Origin: a virus
Lineage: Duplodnaviria > Heunggongvirae > Uroviricota > Caudoviricetes
Virus record (IMG/VR): IMGVR_UViG_2721755676_000003
Span: 1-51,015 of that record
Strand: one strand, 5' to 3'
DNA length: 51,015 nucleotides
Position numbers and translations under genes: made by a program. The notes under the pieces are model-generated. The model ran no database searches. It saw only the letters and a list, made by a program, of their open reading frames with translations, and was not told where the DNA came from. Positions 17,442 to 26,236 of the stretch are shown here, piece by piece (position 1 is the first letter of the stretch; each line of letters opens with the position of its first letter).

Positions 17442-18044
17442 ATGGCGCTAGAATTACAACTTATCAAACACCACTCAGGAATACTGATCCCGGCTACGCC
17501 CGAGACCAGCGATATTCTGCAATCCAAAACCCGGCTCGGCGATGTTCTTGTTGCCGAGTTCAAGCGGGTACGAAACCCGGCATTTCACCGGCGCTTTTTC
17601 GCGCTTCTCAATCTCGGTTTTGAATACTGGGAACCAACCGGCGGGGCTATTTCTAGCAACGAGCGAAAGCTGATTACCGGCTACGCCAAATTCCTGGCTT
17701 CTTATGGCGGGAATGAGGGCGCGCTAATCGATGCTGCTGAGCAGTATCTGGAACAGGTTGCTTACCGGCGCGTCACGAATGGTATTAGCCTGTGCAAATC
17801 CTTCGATGCTTACCGCTCCTGGGTGATCGTCGAGGCAGGGCACTTTGATGCCATTCAGCTGCCAGACGGAACACTCAAGAAGCATCCTCGCAGCATCTCG
17901 TTTGCCAATATGGACGAGCTCGAGTTTCAACAACTCTATAACGCTGCGCTCGATGTCCTCTGGCGCTGGGTCCTGTCGCGTTCATTTCGCAGCCGTGACG
18001 AGGCCGAAAACGTCGCCGCACAGCTGCTTGGCTTTGCGGGGTGA
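17442..18044 (+). CDS. Conserved lambdoid nin-region protein (possibly YbcN/DUF1367-like)
   Basis: 200-aa ORF positioned as in DLP12-type nin regions, upstream of rusA; family assignment by weak recall only. Confidence 0.45.
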   Translation: MALELQLIKHHSGILIPATPETSDILQSKTRLGDVLVAEFKRVRNPAFHRRFFALLNLGFEYWEPTGGAISSNERKLITGYAKFLASYGGNEGALIDAAEQYLEQVAYRRVTNGISLCKSFDAYRSWVIVEAGHFDAIQLPDGTLKKHPRSISFANMDELEFQQLYNAALDVLWRWVLSRSFRSRDEAENVAAQLLGFAG

Positions 18045-18250
18045 TGGGGATGAAGAAGACCTGGTTCCACCACACCGATTGCAGCACCGAACAGGCCGAC
18101 GAACTGGTCAAGCGTTACAAAGCGCGCGGCGTGCGCGTTGAGCGCAGCCTTAACCAGGATTACGTGACCTGGACTGTCAGTGCGTTCCTTCCGACATCTA
18201 ACACACCAGCGCGCCCGGACAGCCGCTGGCGAAACCGGATGTGGGGGTGA
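18041..18250 (+). CDS. Hypothetical small nin-region protein
   Basis: 69-aa ORF, ATGA-coupled to the upstream gene, ending at the rusA start. Confidence 0.4.
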   Translation: MMGMKKTWFHHTDCSTEQADELVKRYKARGVRVERSLNQDYVTWTVSAFLPTSNTPARPDSRWRNRMWG

Positions 18251-18252
18251 AC

Positions 18253-18615
18253 GTGAATACATATCAAATCACTTTGCCCTGGCCGCCGAGCAATAACCGG
18301 TATTACCGGCACAACCGCGGGCGTACACACATTAGCGCTGATGGCGTTGCGTACCGTTATGCGGTCGCAAGTGTCATTCGAAGCGCCCGACTTAATATCC
18401 GCACGGCCGCACCACTCAAAATCCGTATTGAATGTCACATGCCCGACCGCCGGCGCCGCGATCTGGATAACCTGCAGAAGGCAGCTTTTGACGCTTTAAC
18501 CAGGGCGGGATTCTGGCTGGATGACAGCCAGGTTGTGGATTATCGCGTTGTGAAAATGCCTGTAGTTAAGGGCGGGAAGTTAGAACTCACCATCACCGAG
18601 CTGGAGATCGCATGA
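18253..18615 (+). CDS. rusA: Holliday-junction resolvase RusA
   Basis: [30 protein letters not shown]...[27 protein letters not shown]...[16 protein letters not shown] is near-identical to recalled E. coli RusA; GTG start chosen to match MNTY. Confidence 0.9.
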   Translation: MNTYQITLPWPPSNNRYYRHNRGRTHISADGVAYRYAVASVIRSARLNIRTAAPLKIRIECHMPDRRRRDLDNLQKAAFDALTRAGFWLDDSQVVDYRVVKMPVVKGGKLELTITELEIA

Positions 18616-19445
18616 ACCTTGAAAACACCCTCAAATATCACTTCGCCAAATCGACAATGATTAGCGACTCTCCGCGTGCAACGGCGTCAGACTCATTAAC
18701 CGGAACGGATATCATGGCTGCGATGGGCATGACGCAGGAACGGGCAGCCTTGGGGTACAGTGCTTTTCTTGGGAAGATGGGTATCAGCAACAATGACCGG
18801 GAGAGGGCGATTGAGTTGCTGGCCCATTACGCGCTGACTAAGTGCGACCGGGTGGCTGCGCTGCGCAAACTGGATGCCGGGGTTAAGCCACTGGTGATGC
18901 ACCAGCTGGCCACCTTCGCGTTTGAGGACTATTCCCGCAGCGCCGCCAGCGTGAAGCAGTGCGATGGCTGCAATGGGGAAGGGTTTATTGACGCTGAGGT
19001 ATTCAGCATGAAGTCTCACACTCCGGCAAAAGATAAGAAGTTCGTGAAGATGTCTTTGCACATGGGCGCGGAGGATATTCGACCTTCTGAGTATGAGGTG
19101 CGTAGGCAGGTCATGGAGGTAGCGCGCGTTCTCTGCCCTCAGTGCAAGGGTAAGAAGGTTGTAAGTTGTGCCTGTAAAGATTGCCATGGACGCGGGAAAA
19201 CCGTTAATCAGGTTCTTACTGAACAGCAGGGTGTGCCGGTTCTGGCTGATTGCAAGCGCTGCAGTGGGCGGGGGTTTGAGCGAATTCCATCAACTGAGGC
19301 TTACGCAGCTTTAAGGGAGATAACGGATGCAATCAGCATCGATACATGGAAGAAATCTGTTAAGCCATTCTACGATCAGCTCATCACAAAGTTTGACATC
19401 GAAGAGGCCTGGGCTGATGCGCAGCTGAAGCAGATAACAAAATAG
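18612..19445 (+). CDS. Late antiterminator Q (Phage_antitermQ-type, zinc-binding)
   Basis: 277-aa ORF; N-terminus ([33 protein letters not shown]) and Cys cluster (CPQCKGKK...[10 protein letters not shown]) match recalled lambdoid Q proteins; followed by PR'/qut-like sequence. Confidence 0.8.
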   Translation: MNLENTLKYHFAKSTMISDSPRATASDSLTGTDIMAAMGMTQERAALGYSAFLGKMGISNNDRERAIELLAHYALTKCDRVAALRKLDAGVKPLVMHQLATFAFEDYSRSAASVKQCDGCNGEGFIDAEVFSMKSHTPAKDKKFVKMSLHMGAEDIRPSEYEVRRQVMEVARVLCPQCKGKKVVSCACKDCHGRGKTVNQVLTEQQGVPVLADCKRCSGRGFERIPSTEAYAALREITDAISIDTWKKSVKPFYDQLITKFDIEEAWADAQLKQITK

Positions 19446-19467
19446 GGCGTGAATTTATCGTGAACTA

Positions 19468-19515
19468 TTTACTTTTCCCGAATCTGTGGTAATTTTGCTC
19501 TAACGATGGGTTATT
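19468..19515 (+). promoter_or_regulatory. PR'-like late promoter with qut-like region
   Basis: -35 TTTACT, 16-nt spacer, -10 TAATTT, then CTCTAACGATGGGTTATTGCCTTCGTT, resembling recalled lambda PR' (TTGACT...TAAATT TGACTCAACGATGGGTTAATTCGCTCGTTG). Confidence 0.5.
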
Positions 19516-19525
19516 GCCTTCGTTT

Positions 19526-19558
19526 AAAGCCCTGCGGTTAACCCCGTGGGGCTTTTTG
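19526..19558 (+). terminator. Intrinsic terminator downstream of PR' (tR'-like, target of Q antitermination)
   Basis: AGCCCTGCGG-ttaacc-CCGTGGGGCT followed by TTTTT; stem includes two G:U wobble pairs. Confidence 0.5.
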
Positions 19559-19636
19559 CTTCTGGCGATTTAAGAATTATTGAAGAGTTAGCGCTGTAAC
19601 GGAAAAAAAAGTGATGCTTCGCCAGCTGCGAGCCTT

Positions 19637-19930
19637 TTAGTATCCATGGAAGAAGTAGCGAATCTTCAAGCCGATAAACTTCAACACTGGCCAGACATAA
19701 TGCTGGATTAAATATAGGACCGGTGGAACAACTAATGTCGCACCAGTTGCGCAGAGTGCGTATACCGCCGAGTCCTTTGCGATTAATGAGTAATTTAGGT
19801 TAAGTGTTTCAAGATTAATTACATTGGCTGTACTCGAACCTACAAATCCAGAGCCAAAAACAACCAGAAACACATAAAGTGATACTGTTATGAGCCTTAA
19901 AATTAACCGAATGTATTTCACGATGAACAC
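19637..19930 (-). CDS. Hypothetical small membrane protein (antisense to late leader)
   Basis: 97-aa hydrophobic ORF with GTG start and no clear RBS; could be spurious. Confidence 0.25.
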   Translation of the reverse strand: MFIVKYIRLILRLITVSLYVFLVVFGSGFVGSSTANVINLETLNLNYSLIAKDSAVYALCATGATLVVPPVLYLIQHYVWPVLKFIGLKIRYFFHGY

Positions 19931-20161
19931 CTGCTGATTGATTCATCGTTTTACACAAATGCCATCTGTTTAGCTAGCTTCTAGGTCGCTTGGTTCTAAA
20001 TAATATCCTGTTCATTGCCTTACCCTCACATCGCCAGCCTGTCGCTGGCTTTTTAATTTCAGGCTCCAGGAACCATCATCGACACGCCTTCTTGTTAAAT
20101 CGTCCCGACGGACAGACCCTTTTCAAACACACAGCACCCGCTAACTACGCGAGGTGAGAGT

Positions 20162-20386
20162 ATGTATCGCATGGACAAACTAACCACCGGTGCTGCTTAC
20201 GGCGCTTCAGCCGGTAGCATCCTAAACGGTATGCTGAATGCCTACAGTCCCGAGCAGTGGAACGCTATCGGCGTGCTGGTGGGCATCATCATCGCTGTAC
20301 TGACGTATCTGACGAATCTCTATTTCAAAATCCGCGAAGACAACCGCCGCAGCAGGAGCCGAGATGAACCCGACACTCCGAAATAA
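20162..20386 (+). CDS. Class II holin (phage 21 S21-type pinholin) with dual-start motif
   Basis: [19 protein letters not shown]...[17 protein letters not shown] closely resembles recalled S21; two Met codons (M1, M4) suggest antiholin/holin dual start. Confidence 0.8.
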   Translation: MYRMDKLTTGAAYGASAGSILNGMLNAYSPEQWNAIGVLVGIIIAVLTYLTNLYFKIREDNRRSRSRDEPDTPK

Positions 20387-20858
20387 GCTGGTGGGCGCCG
20401 TTGTTGGCGGAGCCAGCGCAATCACTATTGCAGCTGTGATGCTGGGCAATGCGGATGGACTTGAAGGAAGACGCTATTACGCTTATCAAGACGTCGTTGG
20501 TGTCTGGACTGTTTGCGATGGCCACACCGGCGCTGACATTCGCCGCGGTCACCGCTACACAGATAAAGAATGTGACGCTTTGCTGCAGTCTGATTTGCAA
20601 CAAGTAGCTAACGCCATTGACCCGCTGATCAATGTTCACATCCCTGAGCCAACCCGCGCCGCGCTTTACTCTTTCACCTACAACGTAGGAGCTGGAGCGT
20701 TTAGCAGATCGACGCTGCTGAAAAAATTAAATTCCGGCGACGTTCCGGGTGCATGCAAAGAACTGCAGCGCTGGACGTATGCCGGTGGCAAACAGTGGAA
20801 GGGGCTTATCACCCGGCGCGAGATTGAGCGCGAAGTCTGCGAGTGGGGCCAGAAATGA
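20364..20858 (+). CDS. SAR endolysin (signal-anchor-release lysozyme, GH24/T4-lysozyme fold)
   Basis: N-terminal Gly/Ala-rich weak TM ([20 protein letters not shown]) followed by lysozyme E...D...T catalytic region ([22 protein letters not shown]); start overlaps holin 3' end. Confidence 0.8.
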   Translation: MNPTLRNKLVGAVVGGASAITIAAVMLGNADGLEGRRYYAYQDVVGVWTVCDGHTGADIRRGHRYTDKECDALLQSDLQQVANAIDPLINVHIPEPTRAALYSFTYNVGAGAFSRSTLLKKLNSGDVPGACKELQRWTYAGGKQWKGLITRREIEREVCEWGQK

Positions 20859-21316
20859 GTCGAATAACAGCCATCATCTGCGCTGTCGTTATCTGCCTGC
20901 TGGTTTCTATGACATGGGCGATTAACCACTACCGTAGCAACGCCATCACCTACAAAGAACAACGCGATAAAGCCACTGAGAAACTCAGCCTGGCGAACGC
21001 CACCATCAAAGATATGCAGACCCGGCAGCGAGATGTCGCTGCACTGGATGCTAAATACACGAAGGAATTAGCTGATGCGAAATCTCAGCTTGAAGATCTG
21101 CAGCGTTGTGTTAGCTATGGCAAGTGTGGGCTGCACGTCAACGCAAGATGTCCCGCGAACGGAACGGCCAGCGCCACCGGCCTGGATGATGCAACCGGCC
21201 CCCGACTTACTGAAGCCGCTGAACGGGATTATTTCACCCTCAGAGAGCGAATCGAAACCAGCGGGAAAATGATTGCTGGGTTGCAGGATTACATAAAGCA
21301 GCAGTGCTTAAATTGA
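20855..21316 (+). CDS. Rz-like inner-membrane spanin (i-spanin)
   Basis: N-terminal TM, coiled-coil body; ATGA overlap with endolysin stop; contains embedded Rz1 in the +1 frame. Confidence 0.7.
   Translation: MSRITAIICAVVICLLVSMTWAINHYRSNAITYKEQRDKATEKLSLANATIKDMQTRQRDVAALDAKYTKELADAKSQLEDLQRCVSYGKCGLHVNARCPANGTASATGLDDATGPRLTEAAERDYFTLRERIETSGKMIAGLQDYIKQQCLN
21075..21272 (+). CDS. Rz1-like outer-membrane lipoprotein spanin (o-spanin), embedded in Rz
   Basis: Lipobox LAMASVGC and Pro-rich [24 protein letters not shown] resembling recalled lambda Rz1. Confidence 0.7.
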   Translation: MRNLSLKICSVVLAMASVGCTSTQDVPRTERPAPPAWMMQPAPDLLKPLNGIISPSESESKPAGK

Positions 21317-21392
21317 TTTTCATGCTGGCATTCAAGATCGTATGATTAAAGGGATTATTAATCATGCAAATGCGAAGTCAGAGGGACTGAAG

Positions 21393-21827
21393 ATGTCAAA
21401 CTACAGGATAAAAGCCGCTGGAAGCCATAGCGGTAACTTGAGCGCAGTGATAGACAAAGTGATTCAGGTTGCATCAGCAAAAGAAAACAAGGATGTGTTG
21501 GTTTTAGTGTCGCAAATCAACTTAGCGAAGGATGACAATAGAATTGAGCAAATCTTTGGCGAGCTTATGTTTGATCTCTTGGTGAAAAAAAGAGAAAACA
21601 TTGTTGGTATTGGGGATGTGAACTTTGAGGTCCAGCCTTATTCCTATGTCAAAAACAATACTCACCGAGCATTCGGCCGAACTGTCGTTGTTTTGAACCC
21701 TAGCACGCAAGACATGGATGCTTTTTTGCAGAAAGGTGATTCTACGGTTGATTGGATCGCTGTTGAAATACATTTGGACGGAGAACTCGATAGTTGGGTG
21801 CAGGCAAACCAAGCCTCCGACATTTAA
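21393..21827 (+). CDS. Hypothetical protein (moron between lysis and packaging modules)
   Basis: ORF with RBS GAGGGA before the internal ATG at 21393 (ORF-track start 21342); followed by a strong terminator; no motif recognised. Confidence 0.4.
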   Translation: MSNYRIKAAGSHSGNLSAVIDKVIQVASAKENKDVLVLVSQINLAKDDNRIEQIFGELMFDLLVKKRENIVGIGDVNFEVQPYSYVKNNTHRAFGRTVVVLNPSTQDMDAFLQKGDSTVDWIAVEIHLDGELDSWVQANQASDI

Positions 21828-21842
21828 GTGCAATGCATATAC

Positions 21843-21867
21843 AAACCGCCTCTGGGCGGTTTTTTAT
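21843..21867 (+). terminator. Rho-independent terminator
   Basis: AAACCGCC-tctg-GGCGGTTT followed by TTTTATT. Confidence 0.65.
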
Positions 21868-21960
21868 TGCTATCACGATGGGTAGGCTCATCATAATGGC
21901 AATATCCCCTACAGCGGATAATCAACAAAATATCCCCGAAAGCGGATAAAGAGGCTCTCA

Positions 21961-22164
21961 ATGTCCGACATCTACATCATCAAACTGACTACGAACGACG
22001 GCGGCGAGTACATGGGCACGATGTCACGACGTCAACCTGAGTTGGTTAACGGCTTTGTGCCGCTGGCGACGGAAACGGGCGAGTGGCTGTATTTCGCTCC
22101 GGCCGATGTGAAGCGTGTGCAGTTCAGTCCCTTGGAAGAGAGCATTGAAGAAAAGGGCGAATGA
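21961..22164 (+). CDS. Hypothetical small protein
   Basis: 67-aa ORF with RBS AGAGG; no motif recognised. Confidence 0.35.
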   Translation: MSDIYIIKLTTNDGGEYMGTMSRRQPELVNGFVPLATETGEWLYFAPADVKRVQFSPLEESIEEKGE

Positions 22165-22176
22165 TCGCCCTATGCA

Positions 22177-22449
22177 TTAACCGCGGGCCTCTCGGCCTTC
22201 TTCATCCTCAGGAACGCGGTATCGCCAGTATTTTTCAGGTTTAACCCAAACGACATCATCCCCGCTATCAACTCTAAATTTATTGATGACTCTGGTTGAT
22301 AGCGCTTGGTTGCCATCCGCATTTTCTTTGAGATGCTGCTCGTTATTTTGTTTAACGAGGTAATCGACAACATCTTGCTGATAAAGGCAACCATCTTTTG
22401 CTAGGGTTGACATCATCCAAGATGAAACATCATCTAAAGACAGCGCCAA
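22177..22449 (-). CDS. Hypothetical small protein (antisense to late operon)
   Basis: 90-aa ORF, acidic C-terminus; no motif recognised. Confidence 0.35.
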   Translation of the reverse strand: MALSLDDVSSWMMSTLAKDGCLYQQDVVDYLVKQNNEQHLKENADGNQALSTRVINKFRVDSGDDVVWVKPEKYWRYRVPEDEEGREARG

Positions 22450-22460
22450 TGTGCTTGGGT

Positions 22461-22682
22461 TTATGGCTTTGGGTTATTTGATGTCAGGGATTCTTCAGGG
22501 AATACTCCATGATCGAGTTTTTTCCCAGAGAACCATTGGCACTTGTATTCACCAGTGTAATACCAGCCTTTTGCAGATGTAAAGTCCTTAATCTGCTCGG
22601 CAACGGACATGCTTGGACCACCGCTAACCAAGTAAACGATATCGCCAACTTTAAATTTGAGCTTATTAGCACTATTAGACAT
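22461..22682 (-). CDS. Small conserved protein, YodC/DUF2158-like (tentative)
   Basis: Last 73 codons of ORF-track 22461..23183: MSNSANKLKFKVGDIVYLVSGGPSMSV...KGWYYTGEYKCQWF with RBS AGGA; the upstream part of the long ORF is antisense read-through of terS. Confidence 0.4.
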   Translation of the reverse strand: MSNSANKLKFKVGDIVYLVSGGPSMSVAEQIKDFTSAKGWYYTGEYKCQWFSGKKLDHGVFPEESLTSNNPKP

Positions 22683-22710
22683 ACAACATCCTTTTAAAAA
22701 AAAGAAAACC

Positions 22711-23274
22711 ATGGCACTCACAGACAAACAAGAAATGTTCTGTCGCGAGTACCTCATCGATTTAAACGCCACGCAAGCGGCTATTCGGGCGGGGTACAGC
22801 GCAAAGACAGCTAACCGCACCGCGTCCGAAAACCTGTCAAAACCTGACATCCAGTCCAGAATTGCCGAACTTAAAGCGCAACGCAATGATCTGGTTGGCA
22901 TAAATGCGACATACGTCCTGAATCGTCTCGTTGAAATCGACCAGATGGACGTGCTCGACATTCTGACATCGACCGGAGATCTGAAGCCGGTTTCTGAGTG
23001 GCCGAAGGTCTGGAGGACGACGCTATCCGGGCTTGATGTCGTTGAGATATCAGCCGAAGGAAACACAGCCGCGCTGCTTAAGAAGATTAAGTGGCCTGAT
23101 AAGGTGAAGAACCTTGAGCTTCTCGGGAAGCACGTTCGCGTGCAGGCTTTCAAAGAGCAGGTCGAGCAAAAGGTCACTGCCACTCACAGCATCATGCCGG
23201 TGCCGTCCTGCGATAACGTAGACGAGTGGGAAGCAGCAGCACAGAAGCAGCAGAGCGAGGTTCTTGGTGGATGA
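22711..23274 (+). CDS. Terminase small subunit
   Basis: MALTDKQEMFCREYLIDLNATQAAIRAGYS matches the recalled Terminase_2-type small-subunit N-terminus; immediately upstream of the large subunit. Confidence 0.75.
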   Translation: MALTDKQEMFCREYLIDLNATQAAIRAGYSAKTANRTASENLSKPDIQSRIAELKAQRNDLVGINATYVLNRLVEIDQMDVLDILTSTGDLKPVSEWPKVWRTTLSGLDVVEISAEGNTAALLKKIKWPDKVKNLELLGKHVRVQAFKEQVEQKVTATHSIMPVPSCDNVDEWEAAAQKQQSEVLGG

Positions 23275-24845
23275 ATTACAAAGTCGTCTGGAAACCTTTG
23301 CCGGGATCCCAATCTCTCTCCCTGAGTTGCCCATGCAACGAAATTCTCTACGAGGGTACACGTGGGCCAGGTAAAACCGCTGCGCAGCTGGCACGCTTTC
23401 GTCGTCTTGTTGGGCTGGGATATGGCTCGTTCTGGCGTGGCGTGATATTTGATACCGAATATAAAAACCTCACAGACATCATTACTCAGTCGAAGCGTAT
23501 GTACCGCCTTTTTAACGACGGTGCGCGCTATCTGGCGTCAGCATCTGAGCTACGCTGGGTGTGGCCGACTGGCGAAGAACTGCTGTTCCGCTTCGGGAAA
23601 GAAGAGGGTGATTACTGGGACTACCACGGTCAGGAGTTCCCGTTCATAGGTTTTAACGAGCTGACCAAGCAGCAGTCATCTGAGTTTTACGAGATGATGT
23701 TCTCGTGTCGGCGATCGTCGTTCCGGCCTGAGAACTATCCTCGTGAGGATGGCTCTCTGCTTAAGCCGATTCCCTTGGAGACTTTCAGCACGACCAACCC
23801 TTTCGGCATCGGTCACGCTTGGGTGAAGAAGCGCTTTATCGAGCCGGCTCCGCGCGGCACCATCATTCGCGAAACGCAGAAGGTGTTCAACCCGCAGACC
23901 GAGCGTGAAGAAGACGTCACGCTTACCCGTGTTGCGATTCACGGCTCGTTCAAAGAGAACCCGTTCCTAGATCCGCAATACATCGCAACGCTGATGGCCA
24001 TCAAAGACCCGAATCGCCGAAAAGCCTGGGTCGAGGGTTCTTGGGACGTAACCAGCGGTGGACGCTTTGACCATCTGTGGAATGCCTCACATCACGTCAT
24101 CAAGCCGTTCCGCATACCGGACAGTTGGGTGGTTGACCGCTCTCACGACTGGGGAGAATCGAAGCCGTTCTCAAACCTGTGGTGGGCATGCGCCGATGGC
24201 ACCGCGGCTGAGCTACAGGATGGTCGTCAGTTTTGCCCGCCCGCAGGGTCGCTGATCCTGATTGGTGAGTGGTACGGTTGCCCCCCGGATGAGTTGAACA
24301 AAGGTCTTAATATGTCCTCCACCAACGTCGCCAAAGGCGTTGCGTGGGTTGATAGGCGACTGGCTGGCGAAGAACTTGCCGAACCCGAAGAGATCAAACT
24401 CAACAGCGTCACTCAGGGGCAGCTGAACATCATGCCCGGAATTTGTAAGAAGGTTGTTCCCGGTCCGGCTGATGGCGCAATTTACAACACCGGCGATGAC
24501 GAGTTATCTATTGCTCAGAAGATGGAGGCTCAGGGTGTTAAGTGGCTTGAAGCAAACAAAAAACCGGGTTCGCGCGTTAACGGCGCAGCCCTGTTTGCCG
24601 ATATGCTCGAAGCCGTCATTGAAGGTATAAAGCTAGAGTCGGGTTTGCCTGAGAAGCCAGCATTCTACGTCTTTGACTACTGCCGAGGCTGGATAAGCCG
24701 TGTTCCGGTGCTGGTTCGAGACAGTAAGAACCCCGATGACGTTGACACCCAGCAGGAAGACCATGACTGGGACAGCACTCGTTATCGTGTACTGCATAAT
24801 CCATCCAGACCTGCATACTCAATCACAATGGACACCACTTTCTGA
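23271..24845 (+). CDS. Terminase large subunit
   Basis: About 525 aa from the ATG overlapping the terS stop; size and position; ATPase/nuclease family assignment by context. Confidence 0.75.
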   Translation: MNYKVVWKPLPGSQSLSLSCPCNEILYEGTRGPGKTAAQLARFRRLVGLGYGSFWRGVIFDTEYKNLTDIITQSKRMYRLFNDGARYLASASELRWVWPTGEELLFRFGKEEGDYWDYHGQEFPFIGFNELTKQQSSEFYEMMFSCRRSSFRPENYPREDGSLLKPIPLETFSTTNPFGIGHAWVKKRFIEPAPRGTIIRETQKVFNPQTEREEDVTLTRVAIHGSFKENPFLDPQYIATLMAIKDPNRRKAWVEGSWDVTSGGRFDHLWNASHHVIKPFRIPDSWVVDRSHDWGESKPFSNLWWACADGTAAELQDGRQFCPPAGSLILIGEWYGCPPDELNKGLNMSSTNVAKGVAWVDRRLAGEELAEPEEIKLNSVTQGQLNIMPGICKKVVPGPADGAIYNTGDDELSIAQKMEAQGVKWLEANKKPGSRVNGAALFADMLEAVIEGIKLESGLPEKPAFYVFDYCRGWISRVPVLVRDSKNPDDVDTQQEDHDWDSTRYRVLHNPSRPAYSITMDTTF

Positions 24846-24846
24846 T

Positions 24847-26235
24847 ATGGCAAACGACGACATCACCTGGGTTCGACCAGAACACCGGGCGGCTTCTGCT
24901 GCCTGGCGGAAATACAGGGACTTCTGCAAAGGAGCTGAGGCCGTAAAGGCGGCGGGTAATAAGTATCTGCCTTATCTCGACCCAACCGATAAATCCACCC
25001 GCAATCGCAAACGCAACGAAGACTATCTGAGTCGCGCGGTGTTCTATGCCATTGCCAGCAACACGAAGATCGGCATGCTTGGGATGGCATATCGCAAGGA
25101 CCCCACGTTTAACGGCCCTGAAAAGCTCAATTACCTGTTGGACAATGCTGACGGTGCCGGCACCAGTATTTATCAGCAGTCGCAGTTGGTGACCGAGAAC
25201 GTGCTGGAGGTTGCCCGAGAGGGGCTTTATGTCGATTACGCAGAAGCCTCCGATGAGGCGATCATTCTCCGCTATCCGGCAGAGAACATTATCAACTGGC
25301 GTACAAAGCGAATTAACGGGCGCGATCAACTGGTGCTGGTGGTCCTTCGCGAATGCGTAGAAGAGCCGGATGGTTACGCTTACAAGGACGAAATACAGTA
25401 CCGTGAGCTGGCGCTGGAAGAAGGGCGGTTCATCTGCCGGGTATGGCGCCGGGCTGGTGGCACAGCAAGCGGAACCTACACCGTTGACAGTGAGTACCAC
25501 CCTAAGCCGAAAGGAAAGGACTACTGGGACGAAATTCCGTTCACCTTTGTCGGGGCCCAGAACAACGATCCCACTATCGATGATTCACCGCTGGCTGCGC
25601 TAGTGGAGATAAACCACGGACATTACCGAAACAGCGCTGATTATGAGGACAGCGTGTGGTTCTGTGGCCAGGTGCAGCCGTACATGACTGGGCTCGATAC
25701 CAACTGGCGCGACCACCTCGAGAAGAAGGGCGTGAAAATTGGTTCCCGATCACCGCTTTTGCTTCCCAAGGAGGGCTCGTTTGGCTATGCCCAGGCGCAG
25801 CCGAACATGCTGGCTAAAGAGGCCATGGACAGTAAGCGCGATTACATGGTGCAGCTGGGCGCCCGACTGATTGAGCAGAACGCCACGGCGAAGACTGCGA
25901 CGCAGGCGAGTGGTGAGCAAACATCCTCAACATCAGTGCTCGGTATCTGCGTCTCAAACGTTTCTGAAGCCTATACGCTGGCGCTTGGCTGGTGTGCGAA
26001 ATACCTCGGCATCAAGGGCGAAACGACGAGTTACACCATCAATCAGGAATTCATCGCGAAAATTGCCGAGTCGGGCATGGTGACGGCAATCGTCAACGCC
26101 TGGCAGTCCGGTGCGCTGCGCGATAGCGATATGATTCGCGCGCTGCAGAAGCTCGATCTCATTGATCCGGCCGACAGCCCGGACGAGGTTATTGATGCGC
26201 TTCGCAATCAGGCTCCAACGTTGACGGGAGGCTGA
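24847..26235 (+). CDS. Portal protein
   Basis: About 463-aa ORF between terminase large subunit and a Mu-F-like head morphogenesis gene. Confidence 0.6.
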   Translation: MANDDITWVRPEHRAASAAWRKYRDFCKGAEAVKAAGNKYLPYLDPTDKSTRNRKRNEDYLSRAVFYAIASNTKIGMLGMAYRKDPTFNGPEKLNYLLDNADGAGTSIYQQSQLVTENVLEVAREGLYVDYAEASDEAIILRYPAENIINWRTKRINGRDQLVLVVLRECVEEPDGYAYKDEIQYRELALEEGRFICRVWRRAGGTASGTYTVDSEYHPKPKGKDYWDEIPFTFVGAQNNDPTIDDSPLAALVEINHGHYRNSADYEDSVWFCGQVQPYMTGLDTNWRDHLEKKGVKIGSRSPLLLPKEGSFGYAQAQPNMLAKEAMDSKRDYMVQLGARLIEQNATAKTATQASGEQTSSTSVLGICVSNVSEAYTLALGWCAKYLGIKGETTSYTINQEFIAKIAESGMVTAIVNAWQSGALRDSDMIRALQKLDLIDPADSPDEVIDALRNQAPTLTGG

Positions 26236-26236
26236 T

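Noticed and set aside
19832-19851. tRNA-like T-loop sequence (GGTTCGAGTAC on minus strand)
   Set aside because: Flanking sequence cannot form a T-stem or acceptor stem; no cloverleaf; lies within a putative ORF.
22683-23183. Upstream two-thirds of the 240-aa minus-strand ORF
   Set aside because: Antisense to the terminase small subunit gene; only the 3' third (22461-22682) has an RBS and a protein-like sequence.
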